A DNA stretch of 58,058 bases, filler included, from Basidiobolus ranarum (Eukaryota): NCBI GenBank assembly GCA_040143965.1. It is 5 parts of 5 records of this genome, joined end to end, with 100 filler letters (N's around TTAATTAATTAA, not from the genome) between each part and the next. Parts side by side here need not be neighbours in the genome. Positions count along the whole stretch, not along the records: positions 11,700 to 23,247 come from JASJQH010007480.1; positions 23,348 to 34,858 come from JASJQH010007481.1; 3 more parts are not named here. One strand, given 5' to 3'. Under the pieces are notes generated by a model. The model was not told the origin of the DNA, searched no databases, and saw nothing but the letters and a program-made list of their open reading frames with translations. Numbering within the stretch: the stretch's first letter is position 1; every line of letters begins with the position of its first letter. This document shows, piece by piece, positions 14,350-27,409 of the stretch. Both the position numbers and the translations under genes were made by a program.

Positions 14350-16702
14350 TCACTCAATATGTTCAACACGAATGGCGACATCAGTCTCCTTTTCGGGATA
14401 GGATCTAGCGGAGACACCGGGGCTATGTTCAAGACGCTCAAGTAGATTAATATGGTCGAGAGCTTGGGGGATTTGTTGACAGAAATGGTCCGCCTCCACT
14501 AAGTCATATAAACCTGACGCTTGGAAGAAACTCAGGTGTTGTTCGCGTAAATTAACGAAGTAAACGCCAACTCCGCGAGCACGGTAATCACGTACAATCT
14601 CCAATAAAATTTGAGTAGCACTGGAATACCATGAAATTTAGTCACAATTACAAAACCATATATACATCTCAGTCTATTTACCTTGCGTCAACTTCAGTCA
14701 TATTTTCCACTTCAAATATTACATAGCGAATAGGGCTCAGATAAGGTTCAGCAGAAGGATGCACCCTGAAGTCTCCATATTGCTCACACCGACGTAGACG
14801 ATCTTTCAATGAACCAGAATTGGCAAAATGAAGAGGTTCATCGACTTTGAGTATAAGTAAGCCTTCGGTGTGAACTGCTTCAGAGAAATCGCGCATCGGT
14901 TTAAATTTGTCACAACTACCCGGAATTTGACCCTAATGATGGAAGAATGGTTAACATCATCAACAAAAACACCTTCGGGTACAATAATCAAGTGAACTCT
15001 TACCAGAATCGTAATGGATGGTTTGGTGCTTCTTTTAACCAAAGTCAACAATGCCAAGCTGATAGAGACGAATGTGCCAACTTCGATTCCAACCGCAATT
15101 GTCAACACAAACGTCAACACCATTAAAGCTAAGTCTGTGCCTGCTCGGATTTTCCATAGGAAACGGATATCGCTCGGCGCCTCCAGTACCATTCCCATTC
15201 CGGCAACGAAAATCAGAGATGAGAGAACAGCTTTCGGTAAATACTCGAAGCATGGCAACAGATACAGAATTGCCACCATAACTAACAATGAACTCATCAA
15301 ACCAGCCATTTGGGTTCTAGCTCCTGCAGAGTTGGCCAAACGGCTTCTAGGCATAGAGCCAAATGCTGGCATCGCTTGGAATAAGGAACCTGCGATGTTA
15401 GATATACCCAAAGCAACCAGCTCTCTATTTGGAGATACTGGGTAATTATGGAGTGTTGCGAAACTTTTAGTGATCGCAGCAGAGGATACAAAGCCAAGCA
15501 ATGAAATTAAAACTGCTGGGACGGCTAGTTCGCTGATGCGATTATGATCAAAGATGGGAGGAAGTGTAGGGAAAGGTATGGATCCTTTCTTGAGCTTGCC
15601 TACTATGAGTACACCTTCATCTGACCATCCACAATACCAGCATGCAACAGTGGAGATTATCACCACCATTAGAAATTCAGGTACGTATTGAACGTAAGGG
15701 TGCTTAAACCGACGTTTGAGGTCTTGTATGACAAATAGAAAGCCGACACTAATGAGAGAGATAGTGGCAGTCAACAAATGAGTAGAACTCACATTGCTAA
15801 TGACAAAAATCAGTTTTTGAAGGGTTGTGTGATCCCGTGGTTTGACTAAGCTGTCAAGTCCTAGTAAGGTGATGGATTGCCCTACAAGAATAATCATACC
15901 AATCGCCGTAATAAATCCACGAAGTAAAGCTCGTGACAACAAAGAATCTAAAAAGCCCACACGAAGTAGTCCTAAGATTAGAGTAAAGATTCCAACGAGG
16001 AAACTGATGACGGAAGCAGTAGCGACTGCTTCAGCCACCATCATTTGTGGATCGGTGATATCTGCGACTCGTGAAGCAACCGAGAAGCCAAGAAGAATCG
16101 CCGCAACTGATTCAGGGCCAACACTGATCTGTCTATTTATATGCTTTTAGAATTCAAGTGATAAAAGAAAGAATACCTCAATGAAAAACTCACCTTGACA
16201 TACCAAAAAAAGCGTATATGATACCAGGGATACACGCAGTATATAGCCCATAAACAGGTGGTAGTCTAGCCAGAGCTGAGGCAGAAGAGAGACTTTGGGG
16301 CACACTTAGACAAATCACAGTCAACGCACTAAATAAATCCCTTCCGAACAGTACTAGTGAATACTCAGGCATCCATTTGAGAGCAGGCACATAATACTTG
16401 AAGCGAGTGGTGAAATCGTCGAAGCTCCAAGTGGTATTCGATTGGGTTGCTTCAATGTGCGAATAAGAATCTACAGAAATAGCTAAAAGGAGGATTAGTG
16501 CGAGAACATATGTATGTTTTTATAGTTATAATAATTAAAGGTAGCAAACGTGCAATTTCCGACTATCATATTCCAGAAGCGGAGGAAAAAATACCTTACC
16601 TGAACGTAATGAGCTATAACTTTCGGACCTTGTAAGAGGAAGTCTTGGTGTTCGAGTTGCAAGTAAACGTTCAGTTTCTCTGGAATCTTGAGGACCTGAC
16701 AT
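14350..16702 (-). CDS. SulP/SLC26 anion (sulfate) transporter with C-terminal STAS domain, 5 exons
   Basis: KYYVPALKWMPEYS, VPQSLS..LARLPPVYGLY, SVGPE, NRELVALGISN, FGSMPRS, LPKAVLSS; STAS motifs EPLHFANSGSLK and EVDASATQIL. Introns GT-AG, frames consistent. Confidence 0.9.
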
Positions 16703-17970
16703 TTTGCTTTCAGTCGAGTTGTGTTTTTTCAAACTTGTAAGGTCAAGATAACTTCAAGATAAACACGAGTAAGATATTGTTGAACCTCAGCTACCAATTG
16801 AAGGAATCTAACTCAGAAGTTAAGGATACTATCTGGGTTTTATATGAGCTACTCAAATTACAATTTGTGAGGAAATTAACATGAATTGAGACTCAAAGTG
16901 ACAAGTTGGTAATGTATCAGATTTCCATTATAATCGGATCAATAGAATGCACGGTATCAAGTGAACCAGTCTGTATTCATTTAATCCATTTCACTAGGGT
17001 TTCAGTGGGTCTTAGAAGTACAAATATTGATTGGAAACATTAACTTTGGAAATCGTGTTGCATGATCATCAGATATCTCCGGAGCCTTAGCATGTCTAAC
17101 GTTTCTTAACGTGTTATAAATGTGCCTGATTACACATACTAACTGGACAGACTCGAATAATGCTTGCGGTTACTGGCATCTTGCTTGAGAAAGATCTATT
17201 TATGTTTACCCCCAATTCGTCCAGATTTAGCAATTGCTCTTTACTACGTTGAATAAATCAATCAGTAACCAGATATTTCTTGTGTGAGGGTTATACGTTA
17301 CATCATTTGTTCTTAGCAGATGCGGGTGATTCGCCGATAGGATCAGAGCTCGATGGGGATACTGGTTGGCAAGGAAGACGCTCAGTACTTGTGAAGATAG
17401 CTCAGAGGGGCACTATCATAGGTTACTTAATTGACCGATGATTCGATAACTAATGATAGCCTCTATCGGACTTTTCAAAGGATAATCGAGTCTACCTGCA
17501 GCCCCATCCCGTAGTTAAATTATGGTTCTACTTAGGGTTTGCTTAAACCCTAAATAGAGATTCAATATATCCTCCCATACAGATTGTCACTTGTTTCTAG
17601 TGCTGCTTTAGTCTAAATGTGTCAACTTTGGACTTCAATTAACCTTCGAAAATAAGAAGATGAATTATGACACCATTGGTGTCGCAGCATTATCTCATCA
17701 TCTAATATAGAAGAAACGTCGATATATGATTGGCTGGCTTTGGATTGGTAGCAACACAAATAGCTAAGAGTTTAATATGTCCTGTGTGCTCAAGCAAACT
17801 AGTTTAATCTATGTACACTAGGGGCACATTTGGACCCATTTGCCTGACTATTAGAGACATCAAATATTGAGTGAGGTCACACTTTAATTCAGCTACATTG
17901 TAATTTAAAACGGAAAAACCGACTGAAAATATATAAGTTGTCTATTTATATTGATTTCTAATAGAAAAAT

Positions 17971-20900
17971 TTAGTTCACTTCCATAGGCTGAATATCATC
18001 CTGAAGTTGTTCCGCTTCTTTGGCACTCTTTTGACGGGCTTCGATATCTTTGACAGTCCATAGACTGACTCCAAGTTGAGATTGCTCTATAGGTTGGGCC
18101 ATGGTTCGTAAGAATTTCTTCGCAATCACAAGTGCCATATCAGTAGAGAGATTCAGGGTTGGGTCCGTTAAATATTGGTTAATCCATTTCGGAAGTTTAG
18201 ACCTCTTATCGGCACGGGCAAATCGTTTGTCACAGAACACCATTAACCCATAATCAGTTTTACCACGTAATACACGACCAACACACTGTGCAGCATGACG
18301 CATGGCATCGAAGGTAAGATAGTCATTTTCTTTGATACGATAGTTATCACGAAGGTACTCCAATCTAGCTTTTAGAATACGACTCTCGGTGTATTGATAA
18401 GGAATTCCAAACATTAACACAGCACGACCATAGTTATGATCGAAATCAATTCCCTCTGAAACTTTACCACGAGCCACGGATAGCAGAATGGCTCCACGTC
18501 CATTATCACACGCTTTCCGGTAGTTTTCTAATGCCAGTGTAGTCTCAGCTGCGTCTGGAGTTTCCACAAAGATCAGCTTGTGCTTCCACGCATCATTGAG
18601 CAAGCCCATCTCGTTCCACATAGCAACAATAGATTCCATATACAAGTAACTGGGGAAGAAAGCCACTACACCATCCGGCACTATCTTGGAGTATTGGACC
18701 AATATGTTGCCAAAATTACGGACCACGGCTGGATCATTACGTACTTCGAATTTTGAACTGATGGCTACTTGGTCACTACCACGAGTAATAACCATTGGCA
18801 AGAAGCAATTTCTTGTCAGCGTCATAGAGTAACTTTCCTGCACCACAGTTTGAAACTGTAGCATTTTTGGATACATTTCCAAGGGAGAGAGGGTGCCAGA
18901 TGTGATAACCACTGTACCAAAACGGTCAAAGACTGGTCGGATAGCCAAAGAAGGATCTAAACATACTAAGTGGAAAAGAGGGTTGGGTACTGTGGCTTGG
19001 TCATTCTCAAAAGGCTCCAAGATCAGCATGAAGCCTTTCTCATAAGTGGAGACAATTGTGGCAAACTCGGCTATCTTTTGTAATGACGAGTACTCATCAA
19101 TGTTAGTCAACTCAAGGGTTCGAACTAGTGATGTGAGACGCTCCGCACAAAACCTAGTGAATCGAGTTGTTGAAAATACCTTAGTCTTTGTTGTGGATTC
19201 AGAACGATTACTCATATCCACTTACCTTAAAGGTTTTCTATCGATGTATGTTAATTCTCTCAAATGCTGTAGGAATGAATACGGGGATTCAACCACTACA
19301 TGCATCACACGCATTCTGGTCTAGAAATGAAGAGAAATTAAGCTTATTGCTGCTGAAATAAGAAGTTACCGAGTAAATTTAGTTTACCTTTACGTATTCA
19401 ATAAACCGTCTCAAAAACGAAACGAAATGTTCCGCCTTACGGATATTTCCAGGAACAGCTTCTTTGAGGACATCATCAGGGAGTACTGGGTTGGCCATAA
19501 ATACATCCGCATCTCTAGCTTGATTAGCCTCGCGTAATCCTACAAATACGGGTAAACAACCATCTAACAGAATTTACAGATCTTGATCATACCTTCCACC
19601 AGTCTGGAGTATTCGGATCGTAACTTTTCAGCATCCTGCTGCTTTATTCTATTAACTAAACGTTAGTATGTGTTCAATTATCAAATCGATATTAAGTGCA
19701 ACTGACTCCTCTATGCGCTCAGAAAGTTTAGTAATACTCCTAGCTCCAGCTTCTAGAATCGGCCTTGAAATATCAATACTTAAAGACTCCATGCATACGT
19801 TATCTGTTGAAAATGTATGAAAGTGCTTAGTCACAAGCCAGAGCAATACGAAAGCTTATCAAAGAATATACCAATGTTGTGAGCTTCATCAAATACTACG
19901 ATCGAGTCTTTTGAAAGCTCTTTGGATACAAGATCAGCAACTTTAGGATCAAGCAGATAATGATAACTATAGATAATGACATTTGCGAGAGCAATCTTCA
20001 GCAGAACATGAGATGAATAAGTCAATCACGTATCATCTCAACATTCTCAATATTCCTTTCTTACCGTTCTCCGAGACAGGTAATATGGGCAAAAGTTGTA
20101 CTCTTTTCCATATTGTTTTAAATCATCTAAAGTGTAGACACCAGGGGCTAGTAGCGAACTTGAATCAGCAGCTTCGAGCTGTTCATAAAAACTGCATAAT
20201 TCGTTTTGCTCTGGTTGTGTCTTTGCTCGTTCACGAACCCATGACGATGTCATATTTCGACAGCGGGCGTCTACTACCCGTCCTTTCTTTTCTCTACTTA
20301 CCTATTAGTGTATGTTCATGGATACATTAGTAAAATAATTCCTCGTGAAATTAAAGTGTAGTGTAATCGTACTGTTGGATGGAGGCATAGGTTTCTACGA
20401 GAAGTTAACCCCAAGCCTATAATTTCCTCACGGCAACCTTGTGCACGACGATATGCAACTAGTCGTTTTAATTCGGCCAAAGCTTTTTCAATCTCGGGTA
20501 CAGTTCGCGAACAATAAACAAGTTTACGATTTTCAGGGTAAAACTAGAGGTGGCGATTAAGATTGGATAAACAATGGAGGAGATAATTATTTTTTGGTAA
20601 TACAATACCTGTTGATATGCGAGAATTAAGGAAAGTAAAGTAATGGTTTTTCCTGTTCCTGAAGGCATCTCAAGGATGCAATGACCCTACAATATTTGCG
20701 ATATGACGTTAACCAAGTCCATAAGAATGAATCGAAAAAAAATTCCCCTCCCCACCTTGGCGTCCAAACTACGTTTCAAGTCTATCATATATGCATATTG
20801 CTCAGGATATACATAATCGTAAGGAAAGTACACTGGCAGACCGTCAACTTCAAAACTTCATTTTTGCAATAGAAGAAAGGGTTGAGAATATGTTCATCGC

Positions 20901-21052
20901 AGTAAGATTCCATCAAAGAATGAATTTTCCAAATAATGGAGAGATTTTTCAAGTAGTTATTGTATAGTAGTCATCGAATAAGACATAGAATGTTAGTGGT
21001 CAATCTCTTGTGATGAGTAAGTTTTCAAAGATATGGTTTGAACTTACAGCAT
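17971..21052 (-). CDS. RAD3: TFIIH helicase XPD/Rad3 (ERCC2), about 11 exons
   Basis: [19 protein letters not shown], Walker [10 protein letters not shown], Fe-S cysteines (NLCLHP, ARCR, ELCSFY, FCPYY), [39 protein letters not shown]. Proposed start ATG 21052 in a 5-nt coding exon spliced to 20855; TAA 17971-17973. Confidence 0.95.
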
Positions 21053-22767
21053 TGTATCCTTAGAAAAGGGTCAACTAGAACTACCAAGTTTACCCAGTGT
21101 CTATCTCATTAATTTATCTCCAGCAATTTGTAATCCAGGGCACAAAACAAGTACCTAGCGAATTTTGAAGGTTATGCTGATTAAATCATTGGCTCCTAGT
21201 TATTTTGCGCCTCATTATTTTACTGCGCCTAACCTTGAATCGATAACTAGTTATATTCCAAATTTAATCCGTAGACTTTTTTTTACACAGCTCAGGATGA
21301 TACTTAGATATCAGCTTTAGGAGTAACATTGAGTTAGTGTTGGCAGTCACTAATGATACACGAGGTTGCGCATACCAAAGTGGCATCTATTAAGAAAGCT
21401 ACGATGGATAGTAAATATGTACGTGTTATTTTATGGACAAGCTTATCAGCACAGGAAATCCCCCAGAAGAGGTTGCTCATCCAGAGGACTATCTCCTAGG
21501 CTGGTGAGTTTAGTTCTTTTCAAATCAACATTTGATAATAATCATTATGTTTGCAATAAACGCAATGCCAAGCCTCTAACAAATGATTGTAAATGACAAG
21601 ACCATACATATTATCTGTTAAGCTCACAGTTTAGAGGGGGCCGGAGCAATTTATGGCTCTAACACTTGTGTAGAGAAATTCAACTGAGTCATATTTAGAG
21701 TAATGATTTCGTCTGTAAAAGTAGAACAAGCTAAAAATTAGATGGCTCTACTGGTATTGAATTCTAGTAATGATATAATGTAAGTTGATGTTTCAAATGC
21801 ATTTCCTTCAAATAACTGAATACTAAGTGCCCAAAATCATGAGTTTCGAACTTCAAAAAGGGAATCACTTGGGCTGAACTTAAGCCTTAAAATGTTCGAT
21901 TCATAGAGCTTGAACAATATACTTAATATTAGCATTTAATAATGTGCTAGGCCAAGTCACTCGCTTATAAACGCTACTTAATAATCAATACTTTCTCTGG
22001 CCTCTAATCCCCTAACAGATATAACAATCGGTTGACCATTGGTTAACATAACGCCTTAGATAAATGGAAACAAAAGCTCATAAATCCGAGGAAAACAATA
22101 TGATCTTCCAATGTTACATCCCAAGGGTTTCATGAAGAACTCCAGGTTCGAGAATCTTGGGTTCAACCCCACCAAGTGGTGAGAGAACTCGGTTGCCAAT
22201 TTCCATTGAAATCAAAGCAAACAAGACATAAATTCAACTGCAATATGTGGCTCAACATCCGTTTCTTTACTAAACTGTCGCGATAAAACTTACTTTCCTC
22301 TACCAAGTATGTAGAAATGGCTAAAGTGTGAAACTACGTTATTGCAGTTTGTGTGGAGTTTTTGTTCGACTTGGACGTCTTTTTTCCAACGAGCAAGATG
22401 TACTGATTCACTTGTAGTGTTCTCTGGTCATCCGGAGTGCGACAAAGATAAAATCCGAACAGCAGAACATTTTGGAGTTCAGTTTGTCCAGTCTTGGTCT
22501 AATGAATATCAGACCAGGAACGAATACCCGTACCGTTCGGAACGGCTTAAATGTAAAGATAGGAACACATCATTGTGCTATCAAAAATGAAATCAAGATA
22601 ACAAAATTTCTTTAATGGTGAACGATGATGTATGTATCCCGCGTACTTGGCCATCTAGGTACCTTCTGCGTTGACAATCATGGTATAAGAGAAATGATGG
22701 CTTGTTTGACCCGCAGAGTATCTAAAAATACCTTCTCGCTTATGGCTTAAGACGAAAATTCAAGTAA

Positions 22768-23247
22768 CTATTCCGGGTGAATTTCACAGCGTTTTGGAAT
22801 TAACAACTGGACACTGTATTCAATTTGTACAAACGGGAAAAGTATTGGCTCGCATTTTTGGCAATTATTGAGGGAAGGGTTAGAATTATGTGGGTTTCCA
22901 CATTTTACACAACGGCTGCAGTATGCACAGAGGTGATTGTGTCGCAAGGAGATTTGATAAATAGCACCAGAATCGAGAGTCAAATTGCTGAAGGAGTAAT
23001 TGTTGCTTTTGGTGAAATTGAGAACTGAAGTATCTAGCAGCATGGTTCGGTTTCCCCAATCATTCACTGCGTAATAGGAAATCTCATTAAATATTCCATT
23101 TGAAGACACAATGGGTTGGCTCTCTAAGTATATAAGCAGGGAGGGGAATTTCATCGACTTGTTTATTGCAGTGCTCCAGACATTGATGGACAGCAAATTG
23201 ATTGTTTTCGTAGCAGCAGAGGCGTTGAGAATTAATGGCCGATCAGT
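22768..23247 (-). CDS. 3' fragment of an unknown, probably extracellular protein with a Cys-rich tail (truncated by contig end)
   Basis: Frame is open from the contig edge for about 160 codons, with several NxS/T sequons and a CAYCSRCVKC...CQKC cluster. Confidence 0.45.
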   Translation of the reverse strand, partial: TDRPLILNASAATKTINLLSINVWSTAINKSMKFPSLLIYLESQPIVSSNGIFNEISYYAVNDWGNRTMLLDTSVLNFTKSNNYSFSNLTLDSGAIYQISLRHNHLCAYCSRCVKCGNPHNSNPSLNNCQKCEPILFPFVQIEYSVQLLIPKRCEIHPE

Positions 23248-23347
23248 NNNNNNNNNNNNNNNNNNNNNNNNNNNNNNNNNNNNNNNNNNNNTTAATTAAT
23301 TAANNNNNNNNNNNNNNNNNNNNNNNNNNNNNNNNNNNNNNNNNNNN
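23248..23347. other. Artificial contig linker
   Basis: N44-TTAATTAATTAA-N44. Confidence 0.97.
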
Positions 23348-23785
23348 ATACACCCAAAATTAATCTACCGTCTCGCGCAACCCACCGAGGCTGCATTGCT
23401 CGTCTCAAAAAACCAGGATGAAGCCAAGGCAATGATGGTTTGTCAAGCCAAAGTTCGCCAAAAGAAGTTACCTATGGAGGTCATGGATGCCGAATATCAA
23501 TGGTTCGTATTTTGATACAGCAAGCATGAACTCAATTCATAAAACTCTTAGATGACTGACTAACCGATGAATCGAAATTATCTTAGGGATCGCCGCAAGC
23601 TCACTTTCTATTTTATTGCCGAGCGTCGTATTGATTTCCGAGAGTTAGTACGTGATTTATTCAAAATCTACAAAACTCGAATTTGGATGTGTGCAGTGAG
23701 CACTAATCCTATCATGTCACTTCTTTGCGCCACAAACTCCCAGTCCAGCAACAGTCAAAGCTCAGCGGATATAAGTAAAGATTAG
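23348..23785 (+). CDS. PSP1 C-terminal-domain protein, 3' fragment
   Basis: IYRLAQPTE...DEAKAMMVCQAKVRQKKLPMEVMDAEYQW, intron 23503-23586, DRRKLTFYFIAERRIDFRELVRDLFKIYKTRIWMC; TAG ends at 23785. Confidence 0.88.
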
Positions 23786-24314
23786 AGGATTTAGATGAAG
23801 ATGAAGATTTTCAACATAATATTCCACCATTTTTATATACACATTATCATAACACTTACATTTCAATTTATGCAAACTCTTTCCCTTCGATCTTCTTAAC
23901 GTAGTGCAAAGTCATTCATCAACCAACCACCACTTACCCTATTATTTTTTAGATCGGATTATTTGGTGAATGAGGAAATAAAAGAAAATAATTAGACTTG
24001 TGAGCGCGTCGTCGTTCTTTTTATAAACATCCGTTTTACATGTATGCTCTTGATCCGGAACACTATTGAAACGCTGTTATGAGCTGGTTTAGCCGCCTAC
24101 ACACTGTGTCAGCGACAGCTTAAAGAGTACCAAGTGAACTGATAGCCGTTGTTTATATCAAATAAGCTCCTGACGTCCACCAATGTGATTCGTTGACATA
24201 TACATATATATATATACGATGCTGAAGAATATTGATACTAAGCACAATAATGATTCTTGAATGTTGGCAATGTGGGCCAACCATTTTATTGAAGGGTATA
24301 TGTTTAAATAATAT

Positions 24315-25310
24315 TCATTTTTGTAGTATCGACCAAGCCCTGCCAGGTACATCATTCTCCCAAGTATCAACACATCCAGCCCCTTGACCGCCAGGTGTGT
24401 TGATACCGCATCTTCCGACAATGTATAGCGTTTTACCCTCTGCTCCACCAAACTCCAGGTTGGCAGGGGCGGTAAAGGAGGTCTTGATAATTGTTAAGAG
24501 TTGGCCATTAGAGGATAGTTTTACTACCTGTTGCCCACCATTCCGAGTGACAAACAAATTCCCAGAAATATCAGTGCGCATACCATCAATATCGATACTT
24601 TGAGTTTGAAGATTGGAGAAGTCAAAAAAGATAGTTTTGTTTGATACGTCTCCAGTGTTCGGATCTACCTGGTATTTCCAGATCTTATTACTTACTGGAG
24701 TACCATCTCGATTATTGGCTTCGGAAAGGTATAAGTATTTATCATCAGGACTAAGTTCTATTCCATTTGTACGTCCAAGTAAGTCCAGGCGTCTGGGAAT
24801 ACCTTTAGGTGAGCATACCCATAGGTCACCATCTCCTACTTCTCCATTGGCTTGCCACTTCATACCGGATAGAAATATGTACCCTGACATCGAAAGTGCA
24901 AGGTCGTTTGGCTGAAGAATACCCGAGCTAGAGCAGTGATTTGTTGCTGTAACCGTTTGTCCATCTGCAATCAACTTGACTATTCTATGGTTGATGTAGT
25001 CGGCAGCATATGCCATACCTTTATCTCCTTTCAGGAATCTTAGCGCATTAAAAGCGGTACCGTTAGCGGTTTTGTCCACGTAAAATAATTTTTGTGAAGT
25101 TACTTGACCCAGAGTTGCTAGACTCTGAGCGTTTCCATAATTTACGGCATAAATGATGCCATCTCTATCTACTCCAGTACCTTCAATGAAGGGGCCAAAT
25201 TTAGAATTGTTTGAGTCGATTAAAGAGCTCGCAGTATACTGGGTGATAATGGCCCTAGCTTGTGGAATGATCAATAGCAGAGAAATTGAAGGGAGTTGAA
25301 GTACAAGCAT
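24315..25310 (-). CDS. Secreted SMP-30/gluconolactonase/LRE (SGL) six-bladed beta-propeller hydrolase, paralogue 1
   Basis: Intronless 331 aa; signal-peptide-like N-terminus; family motifs FIEG, QPNDL, RTNGIELSPD, IDGMRTD..GNLFV, ANLEFGG..GKTLYI. Confidence 0.88.
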   Translation of the reverse strand: MLVLQLPSISLLLIIPQARAIITQYTASSLIDSNNSKFGPFIEGTGVDRDGIIYAVNYGNAQSLATLGQVTSQKLFYVDKTANGTAFNALRFLKGDKGMAYAADYINHRIVKLIADGQTVTATNHCSSSGILQPNDLALSMSGYIFLSGMKWQANGEVGDGDLWVCSPKGIPRRLDLLGRTNGIELSPDDKYLYLSEANNRDGTPVSNKIWKYQVDPNTGDVSNKTIFFDFSNLQTQSIDIDGMRTDISGNLFVTRNGGQQVVKLSSNGQLLTIIKTSFTAPANLEFGGAEGKTLYIVGRCGINTPGGQGAGCVDTWENDVPGRAWSILQK

Positions 25311-25385
25311 CTTGAAGATGTCAGACTTCCTTTAGGGAGAGAGGTTCTATTGGATTGTGAAATAAAACACTCGAAATATGTACAG

Positions 25386-25393
25386 TTCTTATA
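25386..25393 (-). promoter_or_regulatory. Putative TATA box of SGL paralogue 1
   Basis: TATAAGAA about 80 bp upstream of ATG 25310, at a similar distance to the TATA of paralogue 2. Confidence 0.4.
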
Positions 25394-27409
25394 GGAAAGG
25401 GATCAGTCATTCGATGCCTGAGACTTAATAGCTTAGGATTATTAAGGAGGAACAGAAATAGCCACATCTGAAAATATCTATGAATAGATATCTAAATGAT
25501 CGATTTATGAAAGAACTCAGCCCCTGACATAAAGAAGGGATTGATGGTACAAAAGTAACATCATGTAAAATTTTCTTATGTCAGAAGAGTTAGCCAAACC
25601 ACCCATCATCGATTCTCAACAGGTATACGTAAAAGTTAATATCCAGAATCTTATGATTTGCCCATCTGTTGATTACTTTGAAACCTCCATTACCTCTTAC
25701 CAATAAGCCCATTCTTTGTACAGGTTAAGCATCTCAGCCCAGATGGAAACTATACCTCATATTCTCGCCCATCTTATAGCAAATGAAGGCTTTTGTTGTA
25801 ACAAATGCCGACTGATCCTCTACATGCATTGAAGGCGTAACTATATGAGCAGATAACGGGGTGGCGCTACTTATATCTTGTGAAAACTGTAGAATCAAAG
25901 TGTTGCTCTGAATATCCATCTCGCAAAAACACTTGGTTTCTAATGTCTCAAACCTCGCGTTATTGATGGTTTATTCTGGTAGAGCAAAGTAATTTATTAG
26001 TCAGAGTCGTAAGTCTGTCCAGTCCAAATTATCTACTCTAATAGTGCTTATTAATTCATTTGGCGAGTTTACAAAAGACAAGAGCGTTCAAGCCTTCTTT
26101 GATTTGGACGACATTCCACTATGCTACTATTGCATAACTTTGATGCAAAGACTGAGAAGTGAGTATTTAGCTTATATCACTATAGGTACCATATAAAGAT
26201 GTGCTTTGACTAAGGGTTACCCTAAATGACTTACTTCACCTGGTCAAAGTAAGAACAGAAAGATCTCAGGTCGATCTTATTACTGTCAAGCTATCTCTTA
26301 TATTAGCTCTTCGATCCTGACATAGTTAGTTTTAAAGTCATCCTGCAAACTCTTGTGGGTGTTAATAAATACCAGAAAGAGATATTTTGAGACTGTCATA
26401 TATCCGCATCTTGATTAAGTTTTAACTCATGTTCTCATGACCTGAGTGACCCGAGCAAATAGCTAGAGTTTATGCATAACGAGCGCTGCAGGTATGTAGG
26501 TGGATAATTGTAAGACAATCCCTAGCACAATACGAGACCTGCGATAGTGTAAAAATATTGCTATTGCTCATAATGCCAACAGCACACATGGAAGCTCTTT
26601 AGCTACCGTGTGCTTCATCACACAGAGATATTGGTTAGTGTCGTTAAAACCTGTGAGCATATTAACAAGGACTCAATGGCCTTTCTATTTTCTTCCTGAC
26701 TCTAACTCAAGCTACATATATTGAAGTTGAAAGTCAATCAAAAAACGTCAAACCAAATATCTGGACACTTCGACATAAAATCAAATGGCGCAGCCCTACA
26801 TATTACTCTATACATTCGCTAATATATTGAGCTTATTAGAGACGCGGAGTCTGAATGGCTATGCGCTGGAATATAAAGTGTTCATCAGAACGCCTATCCC
26901 TTGGGAAATCAACCAACTGGGTCATATTTTTTAGAACTTTGTCATTCGATAAACTCTGCTTCAAGGTGTAAATTTCATTACTGATTCAATCGGTTTTACA
27001 TAAAGCAAGTTTGAAACTCGAGTAGCCTATTTTCAGACAATTTAATCAACAGTAAGGTCACAAGGTAGGGTTACCTTTAAATCAACCCTGAATGCAATTA
27101 TATTGAAATGTGATTGCTACGTTTCATGTGTTTTTATCATAGTAGGCGTGTAGGTTGAGTTGAGATGATGGGAAGTTACCTCCATTCACCTGCTGGTAAT
27201 ATGGTCATTGAATGCTGCGATGATTTGTAGATCAATAGGCACCTAAGATTTGGCACCAAAGCTACGTAAGTGTAGCATATAGTCAGTTGATTTTATACTC
27301 AAAGTACTTTCTCCTTACTCATAGAGACCTCCTCCTTCTTCTTAGGCGCTCTTTTCAAGAACACGTACTTCTTCTTTACTACTCTGAATTTGATATAATT
27401 TCTCATTTC

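Noticed and set aside
15014..15445. Antisense ORFs over SulP (likewise 31279-31812, 51520-52950, 19046-19324)
   Set aside because: Shadow ORFs opposite well-supported genes.
17532..17553. Hairpin TTAGGGTTT-gctt-AAACCCTAA
   Set aside because: A single 9-bp stem in AT-rich intergenic DNA with no copies or context.
20850..20861. Programmed +1 frameshift or pseudogenising insertion at the RAD3 start (ATG AAG TTT TGA, a shifty-stop look-alike)
   Set aside because: An upstream ATG CT|gtaagt micro-exon in the right phase explains the frame by ordinary splicing.
14350..24317. Genome-wide UGA=Trp reassignment
   Set aside because: The other conserved Trp positions I checked use TGG, and TGA appears to be the normal stop of the SulP gene (14350) and SGL paralogue 1 (24315).
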